Below, piece by piece: positions 1 to 10,684 of a DNA stretch of 64,000 bases. This stretch comes from an uncultured Candidatus Rokubacteria bacterium. GTDB lineage: Bacteria > Methylomirabilota > Methylomirabilia > Rokubacteriales > CSP1-6. Where the stretch lies: the NCBI GenBank assembly GCA_963771355.1, contig CAVYTA010000006.1:2112001-2176000 (forward strand), read 5' to 3'. Within the stretch, counting starts at the first letter, position 1; every line of letters starts with the position of its first letter. Below the pieces are notes generated by a model. It was not told the DNA's origin, ran no database searches, and saw nothing but the letters and a program-made list of their open reading frames with translations. The translations under genes and the position numbers were made by a program.

Positions 1-2
1 AG

Positions 3-347
3 CACGGAGAAAGCGTCGGCGTGAACTGGGACGACATGGTGCCCGCCCTGGAGGCGGTCTCGCGCGAGCTGTCTCTCGAGGTGCAGCGGACCTTCGACTA
101 CTTCGCCTCCACCACCGAGTCCGAGCGGATCGGCAAGATCGTGCTCTCCGGCGGTTGCGCGCAACTCGCCGGGCTCGACGAGTTTCTCTCCTCGTCGTGG
201 GGCATACCCGTCGAGCTCTCCCGGCCCTTCCAGGCGCTCCAGGTCGACTCCGGGCGGTTCCCCGCCACGGAGCTCGAGCGGATGGGGCCCACCCTGGCGG
301 TGGCGGTGGGGCTCGGGCTTCGTCGCCCGGGGGACAAACCGGCATGA
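3..347 (+). CDS. pilM: Type IV pilus assembly protein PilM, C-terminal part (5' truncated by the window)
   Basis: Actin-like C-terminal motifs (EVQRTFDYF, IVLSGGCAQLAGL, AVAVGLGLR). Stop overlaps the pilN start (ATGA). Confidence 0.92.
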   Translation, partial: HGESVGVNWDDMVPALEAVSRELSLEVQRTFDYFASTTESERIGKIVLSGGCAQLAGLDEFLSSSWGIPVELSRPFQALQVDSGRFPATELERMGPTLAVAVGLGLRRPGDKPA

Positions 348-892
348 TCAAGATCAACCTCGCCCCGCCCAGAGTGAAGAAGGGTATCTCGTTCCAGGTA
401 CCCTCCTTCAACCTCGGCATCCTCTTCGGCATCCTCTTCGCGGCCCTGATCGTGGTCATCGGCGGTGTCTGGTGGTATCTCGAGTCCGAGACCTCGCGCC
501 TCCAGAACGAGATCGTCGAGAACCAGAAGGAGATCGATCGGCTCCAGGTGGTCATCGCCGAGGGCCTCAAGTTCAAGCGAGACAAGGAAGAGCTGGAGAA
601 GCGCGTCAACGCCATCGAGGCGGTGGCGCGCATGCAGCCGCGGCCAGTCTATCTGATGGACTCGGTGGCGGACATGCTGCCCAAGGATCTCTGGCTGACC
701 CGGATGGAAGAGAAGACGGGGGTCATCCGCTTCGGGGGCACGACGTACTCCTCCACTGCGCTGGCCGACTTCATGGCCAACCTCAAGGCCTCGGGGAAAT
801 TCAAGGACGTGGATCTCGTGGAGCATCGACAGGATCTCACCAAGTCACCGCGGACGATCACCTTCGAGGTGTCGGCCCGCTTCGAGATCTGA
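344..892 (+). CDS. pilN: Type IV pilus alignment protein PilN
   Basis: Starts MIKINL (PilM-binding INLL-like motif), then one TM helix, a coiled coil and a ferredoxin-like C-terminus. ATG at 344 lies within ORF 155..892. Confidence 0.92.
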   Translation: MIKINLAPPRVKKGISFQVPSFNLGILFGILFAALIVVIGGVWWYLESETSRLQNEIVENQKEIDRLQVVIAEGLKFKRDKEELEKRVNAIEAVARMQPRPVYLMDSVADMLPKDLWLTRMEEKTGVIRFGGTTYSSTALADFMANLKASGKFKDVDLVEHRQDLTKSPRTITFEVSARFEI

Positions 893-895
893 GCC

Positions 896-1516
896 ATGGC
901 CATCATGGATCCGATTCTGGCCCTTCCCAAGCCCCAGAAGATCGCCATCGGGGTTGTCGGCCTCGTCGCCCTGGGCGCCCTGGCCTTCTTCTTCATCTTC
1001 CAGCCCAAGTGGGAGGAGCGGGACGCCCTCTGGAACCGCAATGAGGGCCTGCGGGCAAAGGTCGTCCAGGCGCGCGCCGACGAGGCCAACCTCCGGCCCT
1101 TCCGGGTGCAGGCCGCGGCGCTGCGCAAGCGCCTGGAAGCGGCACAGGAACGGCTCCCCCTCGAGCGGGAGGTACCAGCACTGTACCGGCAGGTGTCCAC
1201 CCTGGCGACCCAGTCCGGGCTCGGCGTTGCGCTCTTCCAGCCGCGCGCGGCCGAAGAGAAGGCGATCCTCACGGAGCTCCCGATTGCGGTGATCACGGAG
1301 TCGGGCTACCACCAGCTCGGCGCCTTCTTCGACAAGGTCGGCCGTCTCCCCCGCATCGTCAACCTGGGTGACTTTCGCATGTCCGGCATCGACCGCTCGA
1401 CCGGCACCGTGCGGGCCGAGCTGACCATGACCACCTATGTCTTCCGGCCGGAAGGCGCGCCGCCGCCGGACGCCAAGCCAGGAAGGCCCGGCGCTCCCGC
1501 GGGAGGGCAGCGATGA
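896..1516 (+). CDS. pilO: Type IV pilus alignment protein PilO
   Basis: N-terminal TM, coiled coil, RLPLEREVPAL and GYHQLGAFFDKVGRLPRIVN motifs; operon position. Confidence 0.92.
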   Translation: MAIMDPILALPKPQKIAIGVVGLVALGALAFFFIFQPKWEERDALWNRNEGLRAKVVQARADEANLRPFRVQAAALRKRLEAAQERLPLEREVPALYRQVSTLATQSGLGVALFQPRAAEEKAILTELPIAVITESGYHQLGAFFDKVGRLPRIVNLGDFRMSGIDRSTGTVRAELTMTTYVFRPEGAPPPDAKPGRPGAPAGGQR

Positions 1517-1959
1517 ATCGGCGTGCGCTCGTACTGGCTACCGCGACGTCCCTGGTACTCGTCGCCTTTGGCAGCGGCATCGCGCCGCCGGCCGCCCAGA
1601 CTCCGACCCCAGCGCCACCGCGGCCACTGGTGGCACCCAGGGAGCCCGACCCAGGCCCGGCGCTGCCCCCGATGACGTATGAGGCCAAGGCGCGGCGCGA
1701 TCCGTTCGCGCCGGTCGTGATCGCCACCGGGAGTAAGGGACTGACCATCGGCTCCGCCAAGCTGGTCGGCATCATCTCGGGCCCGCAGCCTCTGGCCCTC
1801 GTGGAGACTCCGGAAGGCATCGGTTACATCCTGAAGGCGGGCGATACGCTCGGGGACGGTCGCGTCACCGAGATTGGCGCGGATTCCGTGAGCTTCGCGG
1901 TGTCCCCGAAGCCTGGTGAAAAGGCGGGCATCGTGACGCTCAGACTGAGAACGGACTAA
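1513..1959 (+). CDS. pilP: PilP-like pilus assembly protein
   Basis: Signal peptide, Pro-rich linker, RRDPF motif and beta-domain (ALVETPEG.GY.LK.GD.LG.GRV). Lies between pilO and pilQ. No lipobox Cys is visible. Confidence 0.8.
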   Translation: MNRRALVLATATSLVLVAFGSGIAPPAAQTPTPAPPRPLVAPREPDPGPALPPMTYEAKARRDPFAPVVIATGSKGLTIGSAKLVGIISGPQPLALVETPEGIGYILKAGDTLGDGRVTEIGADSVSFAVSPKPGEKAGIVTLRLRTD

Positions 1960-1973
1960 AGGGGGGTGGGGCA

Positions 1974-4571
1974 ATGAAAGGCAAAGGGATGGCATTCGCG
2001 CTTGCCGTACTCATGCTCATAGGGTTGGCCCATCCGGCCGCCGGACAGAGCGCCGTACAGCTCAAGGACGTACAGGTAGAACAGCAGAACGACTCCGTCA
2101 CCGTGAAACTCTGGACCACGGCGATTCCGAGTTATTCGGCCTCGCTGATCGACACCCCCACCCGACTCGTGATCGACCTCACGGGCACCGCCTACGCCTG
2201 GGACAAGTCCCGCGTGAACCCGGACGTGGCCCCGATCCGGGAAATCCGGGGCAGCCAGTGGAAGGTGGGCACAGCCCGCATCGTCCTCGAGCTGACTCGC
2301 AAGGTCGGCTACCGTATCGAGCCGAGCGCGGAGGGTCTGTCGGTAGTCCTCGAGCCCTCCGCCTCCGCCGCCAGCGACGACGCGCCCAAGGCCACCGCGA
2401 GCAAGCCCGCGCCGAAGACCGTCGCCAAGCCCGAGATCGCCAAGGCCGAGACCCCCAAGTCTGACGCGGCGAAGCCGGAAATGGCCAAGGCTGAGGCTCC
2501 GAAGGCGGACGCGCGCAAGGATATCGCCCGTATCGACGCACCCAGGGCCGAGCCCGCCAAGAAGGACGTCGCCCGTGCCGAGACGCCCAAGGCCGAGCCT
2601 GTCAAGGCCGAGCCCGTCAAGGCCGAGCCCACCAAGAAGGACGTCGCCCGCGCCGAGACGCCCAAGGCCGAGCCCACCAAGGCCGAAGCGCCGAAGCCAG
2701 TGGTCAAGGCCGAGGTCCCGAAGGTCGAGGCCGCCAAGGCCGATGCCTCCAAGGCGGAAGCGCGCGTCGAGGCGGCTCCCGTGGTGATGCCGCCACCGCC
2801 CGCGATCGTGGCCCAGGCCACCGTCACGCCCGCCCCGCCGCCCGCCAATGGCGGCCGCCTCCTGTCCATGGACTTCAAGGACGCGGACGTGATCAACCTG
2901 CTCCGCATCCTCGCGGCCGAGAGCGGGAAGAACATCGTGGCGGGCGACGACGTCAAGGGCAAGGTCTCCGTCTCGCTGCGCAACGTGACCTGGGAGCAGG
3001 CGCTGGACACCATTCTCGAGGTCAAGGGACTCCAGAAGATCGAGAAGGGCAACGTGATCCGTATCGTCTCCACCGAGCAGCTCACCAAGGAGCGCGAGGC
3101 GGAAGCGCGGGTCAACGAGGCCAAGCTCAAGGCCGAGATCGATACACGGACCAAGCTCGCGGAGGCGCAGATCAGGGAGCAGGACCTCGCCGCCCGGAAG
3201 ATCGCCAACGAGGCGGCCGCGGAAGAGGCGCGCTCGCGCGGCCCCCTGCGTGAGGAGACGGTGCGCCTGTCCTACGCCGACCCGGAGGAGGTCGCCAAGA
3301 CCCTTCAGGGCATTCTGGGCATCCCGCCGGAAGGCACCCAGCCGGTATCCGGCACCATTCCGAGCGTGTCGCCCGTGATCAGCAGCACCGCTCCGAACCT
3401 CGCGCTGCCCAACCAGCCGCCGTTCTCGGCGCTCTACGGGCCGGGGCCGCCGCCCGCGGCGGTGGTGTCCATCAGCCAGGACGTGCTGGCCAAGGGCATC
3501 ACCATCCGGTCCCACAAGCCCACCAACACGATCTTCATCCGCCACTACCAGGCGGATCTCGAGCGGATCAAGAAGCTGATCCGCGAGCAGCTCGATATCC
3601 CGCTCCCGCAGGTCAAGATCGAGGCCCGCATGGAGATCCTGGACCGCACCGCGCTGGAAGCCATCGGCGTACAGTGGGGCGGGGCCGCCGCCGGCAACAC
3701 GAAAAACACCACTCTCGTGGGCCAGGGCTTCCAGTCCGCGCCCAGCGCGGTGCCGGGCATGACCCTGCCCGCGGTCGGCGGCGTGCTCCAGCCGGACGGC
3801 TCCACCGTGGTGACTGCCCCGACGGGAGTCCAGGGTGTACAGCCCCGAAACAGCGACCTGACCCTGTCTCGCCTCCTGCCCGTCGACCGGCTGACCGGTC
3901 TCCCGATCGGCGGGAACCTGGTGAATATCCCCTTCCAGAGTCTGCCCAACGCCTCGCAATTCACGCCCGCCGGCGGCATCGCCTTCGGCATCGTGGGCAC
4001 GAACTTCAACATCAATTTGGCGCTGCAGGCGCTGGAGAACCAGGGCAAGACGCGGACCCTGGCCCGGCCGGAGATCGTGACGGTCGAGAACAACAAGGCC
4101 GAGGTCTCCCTCGGTGAAGAGATTCCGTACGCCACCGTCAGCTCGGCGGGTACCCAGATCCAGTTCAAGGAAGCGGTGCTGAAGCTCACCGTGACGCCGA
4201 CGGTGACTCGTGAGAAGATCAACAGCGAGGACATCACCAAGATCAAGATGGTCGTGATCGTCGAGAACAATTCCCGCGGTGACACCATCACGCCGGCGGC
4301 GGGCGTCAGCGTGCCGATCATCAACCGCCGCAAGGCGGAGACGCAGGTGCTCATGCGGGAAGGCGAGCGCCTCGTGATCGGCGGCGTGACCCAGTCGGTG
4401 CAGCAGCAGACCGTCCGGAAGGTCCCGCTCTTCGGCGACATTCCGCTGCTGGGCTGGCTCTTCAAGGCCCGCGAAAACTTCGAGACGGGGCGCGAGCTGG
4501 TGGTCTTCCTCACGCCCTCGCTGGTGAAGTCCGAAGGCGCGCTGGCGGCGCGGCCCGCGGCCGGCAAGTAG
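1974..4571 (+). CDS. pilQ: Type IV pilus secretin PilQ with AMIN domain and long repeat linker
   Basis: Signal peptide, AMIN-like domain (PTRLVIDL), N0 domain ([10 protein letters not shown]...W.QALD), secretin C-domain ([31 protein letters not shown]). Confidence 0.95.
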   Translation: MKGKGMAFALAVLMLIGLAHPAAGQSAVQLKDVQVEQQNDSVTVKLWTTAIPSYSASLIDTPTRLVIDLTGTAYAWDKSRVNPDVAPIREIRGSQWKVGTARIVLELTRKVGYRIEPSAEGLSVVLEPSASAASDDAPKATASKPAPKTVAKPEIAKAETPKSDAAKPEMAKAEAPKADARKDIARIDAPRAEPAKKDVARAETPKAEPVKAEPVKAEPTKKDVARAETPKAEPTKAEAPKPVVKAEVPKVEAAKADASKAEARVEAAPVVMPPPPAIVAQATVTPAPPPANGGRLLSMDFKDADVINLLRILAAESGKNIVAGDDVKGKVSVSLRNVTWEQALDTILEVKGLQKIEKGNVIRIVSTEQLTKEREAEARVNEAKLKAEIDTRTKLAEAQIREQDLAARKIANEAAAEEARSRGPLREETVRLSYADPEEVAKTLQGILGIPPEGTQPVSGTIPSVSPVISSTAPNLALPNQPPFSALYGPGPPPAAVVSISQDVLAKGITIRSHKPTNTIFIRHYQADLERIKKLIREQLDIPLPQVKIEARMEILDRTALEAIGVQWGGAAAGNTKNTTLVGQGFQSAPSAVPGMTLPAVGGVLQPDGSTVVTAPTGVQGVQPRNSDLTLSRLLPVDRLTGLPIGGNLVNIPFQSLPNASQFTPAGGIAFGIVGTNFNINLALQALENQGKTRTLARPEIVTVENNKAEVSLGEEIPYATVSSAGTQIQFKEAVLKLTVTPTVTREKINSEDITKIKMVVIVENNSRGDTITPAAGVSVPIINRRKAETQVLMREGERLVIGGVTQSVQQQTVRKVPLFGDIPLLGWLFKARENFETGRELVVFLTPSLVKSEGALAARPAAGK
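2386..2770 (+). repeat. Coding 15-bp degenerate tandem repeats (KAE[P/T/A]x) in the PilQ linker
   Basis: Repeated aaggccgagcc units, and a duplicated [14 protein letters not shown] block near 2559 and 2634. Confidence 0.85.
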
Positions 4572-4579
4572 CGGCGGCG

Positions 4580-5752
4580 GTGGGCGCGGCGTTCCGTTTC
4601 CTCACCGCGGGTGAATCCCACGGAGAGGCGCTGACCGCCGTCATCGAAGGGCTGCCCGCGGGCCTCCCGCTCACCGAGGCGGACATCAACGGGGACCTCG
4701 CGCGCCGCCAGCGCGGCTATGGCCGGGGCGGGCGGATGAAGATCGAGCGCGACGAGGTCCACATCTCCGCCGGCGTGCGCGCGGGGCTCACCCTCGGCAG
4801 CCCCGTCACGCTGACCATCCAGAATCGCGACTGGGAAAACTGGAAGCAGACCATGGCGGTGGATACCCTGCCGCCGGGCGCCTCCCCCAAGACGATCACC
4901 CGCCCCCGCCCCGGCCACGCCGACCTGGCGGGGGCCATGAAGTACAACCACCGCGACATCCGCAACGTGCTGGAGCGCTCCAGTGCCCGGGAGACGACCG
5001 CGCGCGTGGCGGTGGCAGGCGTGGCCAGGCGGCTCCTCCAGGAGTTCGGCATCACCATCATGAGCCACGTCACCGAGATCGGAGGCGTGCGGATCGGCCC
5101 CCTCGCGCTGCCCTGGGACGAGATCGCCCGTCGCGCGGAGGCCAGCGAGGTCCGCTGCGCCGATCCAGAGGCGGAGCGGCTCATGATCGAAGCCATCGAC
5201 GCCGCCAAGAGCAAGGGTGACACCCTGGGCGGGGTATTCGAGGTGGTGGCCATCGGCTGCCCGGTGGGCCTCGGCTCCTACGTGCACTGGGACCGCAAGC
5301 TCGACGGCCGGCTGGCACGGGCCTTCTGCTCCATCCATGCCATCAAGGGCGCCGAGATCGGCATGGGCTTCGAAGCGGCGCGCCGGCCGGGTTCCGAGGT
5401 GCACGATGAGATCCTCCTCGATTCCGCGGGCGGCTTCACCCGGAGCACCAATAGCGCGGGCGGCCTCGAGGGCGGGGTCACCAATGGCCAGCCGGTCGTG
5501 GTGCGCGCCGCCATGAAGCCCATCTCGACCCTGCGCCGTCCGCTCCGCTCGGTGGACATCCAGAACAAGGAGCCGGTGGAGGCGGTGGTGGAGCGCAGCG
5601 ATGTGGTGGCGGTGCCGGCGGCGGGCGTGGTCGGCGAGGCGATGATGGCCATCGTGCTGGCCGAGGCCTTCCTCGAGAAGTTCGGCGGCGACAGCCTCGA
5701 CGAGATCCGTCGTAACTATCAGACGTACCGGGACTATCTCAAGAGCTGGTAA
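4580..5752 (+). CDS. aroC: Chorismate synthase
   Basis: [30 protein letters not shown] and RSD motifs. Confidence 0.97.
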   Translation: MGAAFRFLTAGESHGEALTAVIEGLPAGLPLTEADINGDLARRQRGYGRGGRMKIERDEVHISAGVRAGLTLGSPVTLTIQNRDWENWKQTMAVDTLPPGASPKTITRPRPGHADLAGAMKYNHRDIRNVLERSSARETTARVAVAGVARRLLQEFGITIMSHVTEIGGVRIGPLALPWDEIARRAEASEVRCADPEAERLMIEAIDAAKSKGDTLGGVFEVVAIGCPVGLGSYVHWDRKLDGRLARAFCSIHAIKGAEIGMGFEAARRPGSEVHDEILLDSAGGFTRSTNSAGGLEGGVTNGQPVVVRAAMKPISTLRRPLRSVDIQNKEPVEAVVERSDVVAVPAAGVVGEAMMAIVLAEAFLEKFGGDSLDEIRRNYQTYRDYLKSW

Positions 5753-5775
5753 CGCCGCGCGTCCGTGCGGCCGGG

Positions 5776-5781
5776 TACACT
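5776..5781 (+). promoter_or_regulatory. Putative -10 element (TACACT) 7 nt before the aroB ATG, suggesting a leaderless mRNA
   Basis: Sequence ggTACACTaccctccATG, with no SD motif. Confidence 0.4.
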
Positions 5782-5788
5782 ACCCTCC

Positions 5789-6871
5789 ATGCATGACATC
5801 TCGGTGAAGCTCGGTCCGCGATCCTACCGGATCGTCGTGGACGCGGGAGTACTCGGCCGGGTCGGCCCCGAGCTCAAGGCGCTGGGGGTCGGCGCCAAGG
5901 TCGCGCTCTTCTCCGACGCCGGGATCCTCGCCCGCCTGGGCGGCCCCGTCCGTGGCAGCCTCGCCGCCGCGGGCTTCGATGTCACCGTGGTCGAGCTGCC
6001 TGCGGGCGAGGCGGCGAAGAGCGTGGAGGTGGCGAGCCGGGGCTGGGACGCGCTGCTGGCGGCGGGACTGGACCGCGGATCGACCGTGGTGGCGCTGGGG
6101 GGTGGCGCGGTAGGCGATCTCGCGGGCTTCGTCGCCGCGACGTACATGCGCGGCGTCAACTTCGTCCAGCTCCCCACCACCTTGCTAGCCCAGGTGGACG
6201 CGTCGATCGGCGGGAAAACCGCCATCGACCATCCCCGGGCCAAGAATCTCGTCGGGGCCTTTCACCAGCCCCGTCTCGTCCTCGTGGATCCGGTCACCCT
6301 CACCACCCTGCCCGAGCGCGAGTTCCGCTCCGGGCTGGCCGAAGTCGTCAAGCATGGCGTCGTGCTGGACGCCGACTACTTCGCCGACCTGGAGACGTGT
6401 CGGGGGGCCCTGCTCGCGCGGGACATCGAAACGTTGACACGGGTGGTGGCCGGCTCCTGCCGGCTGAAGGCAAACGTGGTGGAGCGAGACGAGCAGGAGG
6501 CCGAGCTGCGGGCGGTACTCAACTACGGGCACACCATCGGCCATGCGGTCGAGGCGGTGACCGGGTACGCGCGCTGGACCCATGGGGAGGCGGTGTCCCT
6601 GGGGATGGCCGCCGAGGCCCGGCTGGCCGAGCGCCTCGGGGTGGCCAGCCGTGAAACGGCCGACCGCCAGATCGAGCTGCTCCGGGCCGTGGGCCTGCCC
6701 GTCCGTGACTCGGGCGCGGCCCCGTCGGCGGTGCTCGAGGCGCTCGGGCGCGACAAGAAAGCCCGCGAAGGCCGGGTGCCCTTCGTGCTCGCTCCGGAAA
6801 TCGGCCGCTTCACCGTCGTCTTCGACGTGCCTCGCGAGGCTGTGCTCGAGACCCTGCAGGAGCTGGGGTGA
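5789..6871 (+). CDS. aroB: 3-dehydroquinate synthase
   Basis: GGGAVGDLAGF, PTTLLAQVDASIGGKT, LNYGHTIGHA, HGEAV and DKK motifs. ATG 5789 preferred over GTG 5765. Confidence 0.97.
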   Translation: MHDISVKLGPRSYRIVVDAGVLGRVGPELKALGVGAKVALFSDAGILARLGGPVRGSLAAAGFDVTVVELPAGEAAKSVEVASRGWDALLAAGLDRGSTVVALGGGAVGDLAGFVAATYMRGVNFVQLPTTLLAQVDASIGGKTAIDHPRAKNLVGAFHQPRLVLVDPVTLTTLPEREFRSGLAEVVKHGVVLDADYFADLETCRGALLARDIETLTRVVAGSCRLKANVVERDEQEAELRAVLNYGHTIGHAVEAVTGYARWTHGEAVSLGMAAEARLAERLGVASRETADRQIELLRAVGLPVRDSGAAPSAVLEALGRDKKAREGRVPFVLAPEIGRFTVVFDVPREAVLETLQELG

Positions 6872-8877
6872 TCCATCGGGGGTCCGAGAACCCCCACCGC
6901 GCGGACCCCGCGCCAGCGGCCACTCCGCGGCTCATCGATCTGGGGGTGGCGCTCGCTCTCGTCTTCGTCACCGTGCTCACCTTCCTGCCCGGGCTCGACG
7001 GCGCGTTCCTGGACTGGGACGATCGCGAGAACTTCCTCCACAATCCGCACTTTCGCGGCCTCGGTCCTGCCCATCTCCGCTGGATGCTCACGACGGGTCT
7101 CCTCGGCCACTGGATGCCTCTCACGTGGCTGTCGCTCGCCGTGGACTGGACCATCTGGGGCCTGAACCCATTCGGCTATCACCTGACCAGCCTCGGTCTC
7201 CACGCGATCAGCGCGGTGCTGGTCTTTGTCCTGGCCCGACGCCTCTTCGCCATGACGGCCCCGCACCTCGGCCCGACCCCGCCCGCGGTCGGCGCCGCGG
7301 TGGCCGCGCTCCTCTTCGCGGTTCATCCCCTCCGCGTCGAGTCCGTGGCGTGGATCACGGAGCGGAGGGACGTGCTCGCCGGAGTCTTCTTCCTGGGCGC
7401 CGTCCTCGCATATCTGAGCCGCTGGACTCCCGATGGGACCCCGCGCCCGCGGCCGCGGCTCCGGTACCTCGCCGTGCTGGCCCTCTTCGCCGCCGCGCTG
7501 CTCTCGAAGGCCATGTCGGTGAGCCTGCCGGTGGTGCTCCTGATCCTGGACGTCTACCCACTGCGTCGGCTCAGTCCGAATCCGCGGGACTGGCTTCGCC
7601 CCGACGCCCGGCGGGTCTGGTTGGAGAAGGCGCCGCTCGTGCTGCTGAGCGCGGGCGCCACGGTGACCGCCATCGTCATCAACTCGGGCAGCGGCAACCT
7701 CACGTCGATGGAGCGTGTGGGCGTGCTCGACCGTCTCGCCATCTCCCTCTATTCCCTGGCCTTCTATCCGTGGAAGACCCTGGTGCCGGTCGGCCTGTCG
7801 CCGATGTACGAGCTCCCGCACCCCCTCGAGCCCTGGCGCTGGCCCTTCGTGGTGGCCACGCTGGCGGTGGCCGGACTCACTGCGGTATCGATCGCCCTGG
7901 CCCGCCGCTGGCCCGCGCTGGCTGCTGCCTGGGCCGCCTATGTGGTGATGACCCTGCCGGTGGCGGGCCTGATTCAGAACGGCTTCCAGATCGCGGCAGA
8001 TCGGTACACCTATCTGCCCTGTGTGCCCTGGGCGCTGCTCGCCGGGGGCGGGCTTCTCGCACTGGCTCGCGGGCGCCGGTCCCTGCTCGTTCCCGCGGTC
8101 GCTCTATCCGCGCTCCTCCTCGCCGGCCTGGCCACGCTGAGCTGGCGGCAGACGCAGATCTGGCGCGACACCGAGACCCTGTGGCGCCATGCGCTGTCCG
8201 TCGAGCCCTCGGCGGTGGCCCATGCCAATCTGGGCCTCACCCTGACGCAGCGAGATCAGGCGGGGGCGGCCATCCCGCACTATCACGCGGCGCTGGCCAT
8301 TCAGCCCCGCTATCCCGAGGCCTGGAACAATCTCGGCCTGGCCCTGGTCGAGAGAAGAGACCTCGTGGGCGCCGAGCGCAGCCTCCGTGAGGCCATCCGG
8401 CTGAAGCCGCGATTTTCCGAGGCATGGAGCAACCTGGGTCTGGTCCTGGCCCGCGGCGGCGAGACCGCGCCCGCGGTCGCGGCCTATCGCGAGGCGCTCC
8501 GGCTCCGCCCGGACAATCCGGACGCCCACGGCAATCTCGGCGCCACGCTCGACGCGCAGGGCAAGGGCGAGGAAGCCCTCGTTCATCTGCGCGAGGCCGT
8601 GCGGCTCCGGCCCGAGTCGGCTCAGGCCCACGGCAATCTGGGCACGTATTTCGCGCGGCGCGGCGACTTGCCGACGGCGGCCGGGCATTTCGGGGAAGCG
8701 CTGCGGCTCCGCCCCGCCTCCGCCGAGGCGCACAACAATCTCGGCCTGGCGCTCGCCCAGCAGGGGCGGCTCGACGTGGCGGCCTCGCATTTCCGCGAGG
8801 CCGTGCGACTGCGGCCCGACTTCCGGGACGCGCACTCCAACCTCGCCCGGGCCCAGGCCGAGCTGGCCCGGCGCTGA
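6868..8877 (+). CDS. TMTC-like multi-pass membrane protein (GT-C fold) with C-terminal TPR repeats
   Basis: WDD loop after TM1, PFGYHLTSL.LH, LFAVHPLRVESVAWITERRD, LLSK, ADRYTYLP and WRD...LW motifs, followed by about 7 TPRs (A..NLG..L). Confidence 0.85.
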   Translation: MIHRGSENPHRADPAPAATPRLIDLGVALALVFVTVLTFLPGLDGAFLDWDDRENFLHNPHFRGLGPAHLRWMLTTGLLGHWMPLTWLSLAVDWTIWGLNPFGYHLTSLGLHAISAVLVFVLARRLFAMTAPHLGPTPPAVGAAVAALLFAVHPLRVESVAWITERRDVLAGVFFLGAVLAYLSRWTPDGTPRPRPRLRYLAVLALFAAALLSKAMSVSLPVVLLILDVYPLRRLSPNPRDWLRPDARRVWLEKAPLVLLSAGATVTAIVINSGSGNLTSMERVGVLDRLAISLYSLAFYPWKTLVPVGLSPMYELPHPLEPWRWPFVVATLAVAGLTAVSIALARRWPALAAAWAAYVVMTLPVAGLIQNGFQIAADRYTYLPCVPWALLAGGGLLALARGRRSLLVPAVALSALLLAGLATLSWRQTQIWRDTETLWRHALSVEPSAVAHANLGLTLTQRDQAGAAIPHYHAALAIQPRYPEAWNNLGLALVERRDLVGAERSLREAIRLKPRFSEAWSNLGLVLARGGETAPAVAAYREALRLRPDNPDAHGNLGATLDAQGKGEEALVHLREAVRLRPESAQAHGNLGTYFARRGDLPTAAGHFGEALRLRPASAEAHNNLGLALAQQGRLDVAASHFREAVRLRPDFRDAHSNLARAQAELARR

Positions 8878-8896
8878 ACCCCCGCGACCATGCCGT

Positions 8897-8926
8897 TTGA
8901 CTCGGCCCCCCGGGCGTGCGTATAAC
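8897..8926 (+). promoter_or_regulatory. Putative sigma70 promoter (TTGACT-18-TATAAC)
   Basis: Near-consensus hexamers ending 9 nt before ATG 8936. Confidence 0.55.
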
Positions 8927-8935
8927 AGGACCGCC

Positions 8936-9601
8936 ATGGTTCAGCCGGTTCCGCGGGCCGGCTCCGGTGTGGCAGCCGACGAGGCCGCCCAGGCCGCGGC
9001 CATACGTCGTCATGAAGAGCGCTTGGCCAGAGATCCGTCCTCGCTCGCCTTCGCCCCCCTGGCCGATGCCTATCGTAAACTCGGCCGGACACAGGAGGCC
9101 ATCCGGCTCTGTCGCGAGGGTATCGAACGCTTCCCGCACTATACGACCGCCCGGCTGATCCTCGCCAAGGCCCTGCTCGACGAGGGGCAAGTGGACGAGG
9201 CCAGCGCGGCGCTGGAGGCCATCGTGGCGACGGGAGGCCGCGATGCGGAGGCGCACCGCATGCTGGGGGAGCTCCATCGTAAGGCGGGACGCCTGGAGCC
9301 GGCGCTGGGCCATCTGGAGCAGGCGGCCCGGCTGGATCCCGGGGACCGCGAGTCGCGGCTGGCCGCGGAGATGCTGCGGGGACGCGGTCAGACGCCGGAG
9401 GGCTCACCGCTGGCGGGGCTGCTCGGGGACGACACGTTCGCCACGGAGACGTTCGGCACGCTGTGCCTCGAGCAAGGGCTGGTGGACGAGGCGGCTCAGA
9501 TCTTCCTGCGCCGTCTCAACAAGGATACGGGCGACCCCGTTGCCCGGGAGCGGCTGGAGCAGGCGCTCCGGATCAAGACGCAACGACGGAAAGGGCCATA
9601 G
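8936..9601 (+). CDS. Tetratricopeptide repeat protein
   Basis: DPSSLAFAPLADAYRK.G...EAI..CREG...P.Y..AR..LAKA TPR array, plus a C-terminal TETFG.L..EQG TPR. Confidence 0.8.
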   Translation: MVQPVPRAGSGVAADEAAQAAAIRRHEERLARDPSSLAFAPLADAYRKLGRTQEAIRLCREGIERFPHYTTARLILAKALLDEGQVDEASAALEAIVATGGRDAEAHRMLGELHRKAGRLEPALGHLEQAARLDPGDRESRLAAEMLRGRGQTPEGSPLAGLLGDDTFATETFGTLCLEQGLVDEAAQIFLRRLNKDTGDPVARERLEQALRIKTQRRKGP

Positions 9602-9605
9602 AACC

Positions 9606-10175
9606 ATGGTGGTGTCGACAGCGGAGTTCAAGAAGGGCCTGAAGATCCAGTTCGACGGGCAGCCGTACAGCATCGTCGATTTCCAGCACGTCAAGCCGGG
9701 CAAGGGCGGCGCCTTCGTCCGGACCAAGCTCAAGCACATGAAGCAGGGCCGGGTCATCGACAACACGTTCCGCGCGGGCGAAAAAGTGGAGCTGGTGGAC
9801 TTCGAGGACAAGCACATGCAGTTCATGTACCGGGACGAACGCTACCACTTCATGGATACGGAGACCTACGAGCAGATCTCGCTCTCGGAAGACGAGGTGG
9901 GCGACGCGCGTGACTACCTCAAGGAGAACACCGAGGTGGAAATGCTCTTCATCGACGGCAGCCCCGTCACCGTCGAGCTGCCCAACTTCCTGGAGCTGCA
10001 GATCGCCAAGACCGATCCCGGCATCCGCGGTGACACCGCCTCCGGCGGCTCCAAGCCGGCCACGCTCGAGACCGGCGCGGTGGTGCAGGTCCCGCTCTTC
10101 CTCAACGAGGGGGATGTGATCAAGGTCGACACCCGGAGCGGCGACTACCTGGGTCGCGTCGCGGCGGCGGGGTAG
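9606..10175 (+). CDS. efp: Elongation factor P
   Basis: HVKPGKGGAFVRTK, GDTA.GG.KPA.LETG and KVDTR.G.Y..R motifs. Confidence 0.98.
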   Translation: MVVSTAEFKKGLKIQFDGQPYSIVDFQHVKPGKGGAFVRTKLKHMKQGRVIDNTFRAGEKVELVDFEDKHMQFMYRDERYHFMDTETYEQISLSEDEVGDARDYLKENTEVEMLFIDGSPVTVELPNFLELQIAKTDPGIRGDTASGGSKPATLETGAVVQVPLFLNEGDVIKVDTRSGDYLGRVAAAG

Positions 10176-10181
10176 GCGGCG

Positions 10182-10676
10182 GTGCCCGGGCGGAAGAGCG
10201 CGTCGAAGGGAACGGGAGCGGGCGCGGCCCCGACGGCGGGCGCGGCCCCCACGGTAAGCGAGCTGGTCGAGCTGGCGGTGAAACACGACCTCGCCGAGCT
10301 GGAGGTGGAGCAGGGCGGGGCGCGCATCCGCGTCGTGCGCGAGCGCGCGGGCGGCATGGTGGCCATGCCGCGCGCGGAGGGGGCTCCGGCGATGATCGCC
10401 GCCCCCGCCTCGGAGCCGGCGGTGGGCGCCCACCTGGTGCGCGTCGACGCGCCCATGGTGGGGACCTTCTACCGCGCACCGGGGCCGGACGCGGGCCCCT
10501 TCGTCCAGGAAGGTGACACCGTGAAGGAAGGCCAGGTGCTCTGCATCATCGAGGCGATGAAGCTCATGAACGAGATCGAGTCCAAGGCCTCCGGCCGCAT
10601 CGTCAAGATCCTGGTCGAGAACGCCCAGCCGGTCGAGTTCGGCCAGGGCCTCTTCCTCGTCGAGCCGAGGACGTAG
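10182..10676 (+). CDS. accB: Acetyl-CoA carboxylase biotin carboxyl carrier protein
   Basis: [20 protein letters not shown] biotinylation site, VEFGQ.LF. Confidence 0.96.
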   Translation: MPGRKSASKGTGAGAAPTAGAAPTVSELVELAVKHDLAELEVEQGGARIRVVRERAGGMVAMPRAEGAPAMIAAPASEPAVGAHLVRVDAPMVGTFYRAPGPDAGPFVQEGDTVKEGQVLCIIEAMKLMNEIESKASGRIVKILVENAQPVEFGQGLFLVEPRT

Positions 10677-10684
10677 TCACCCGC

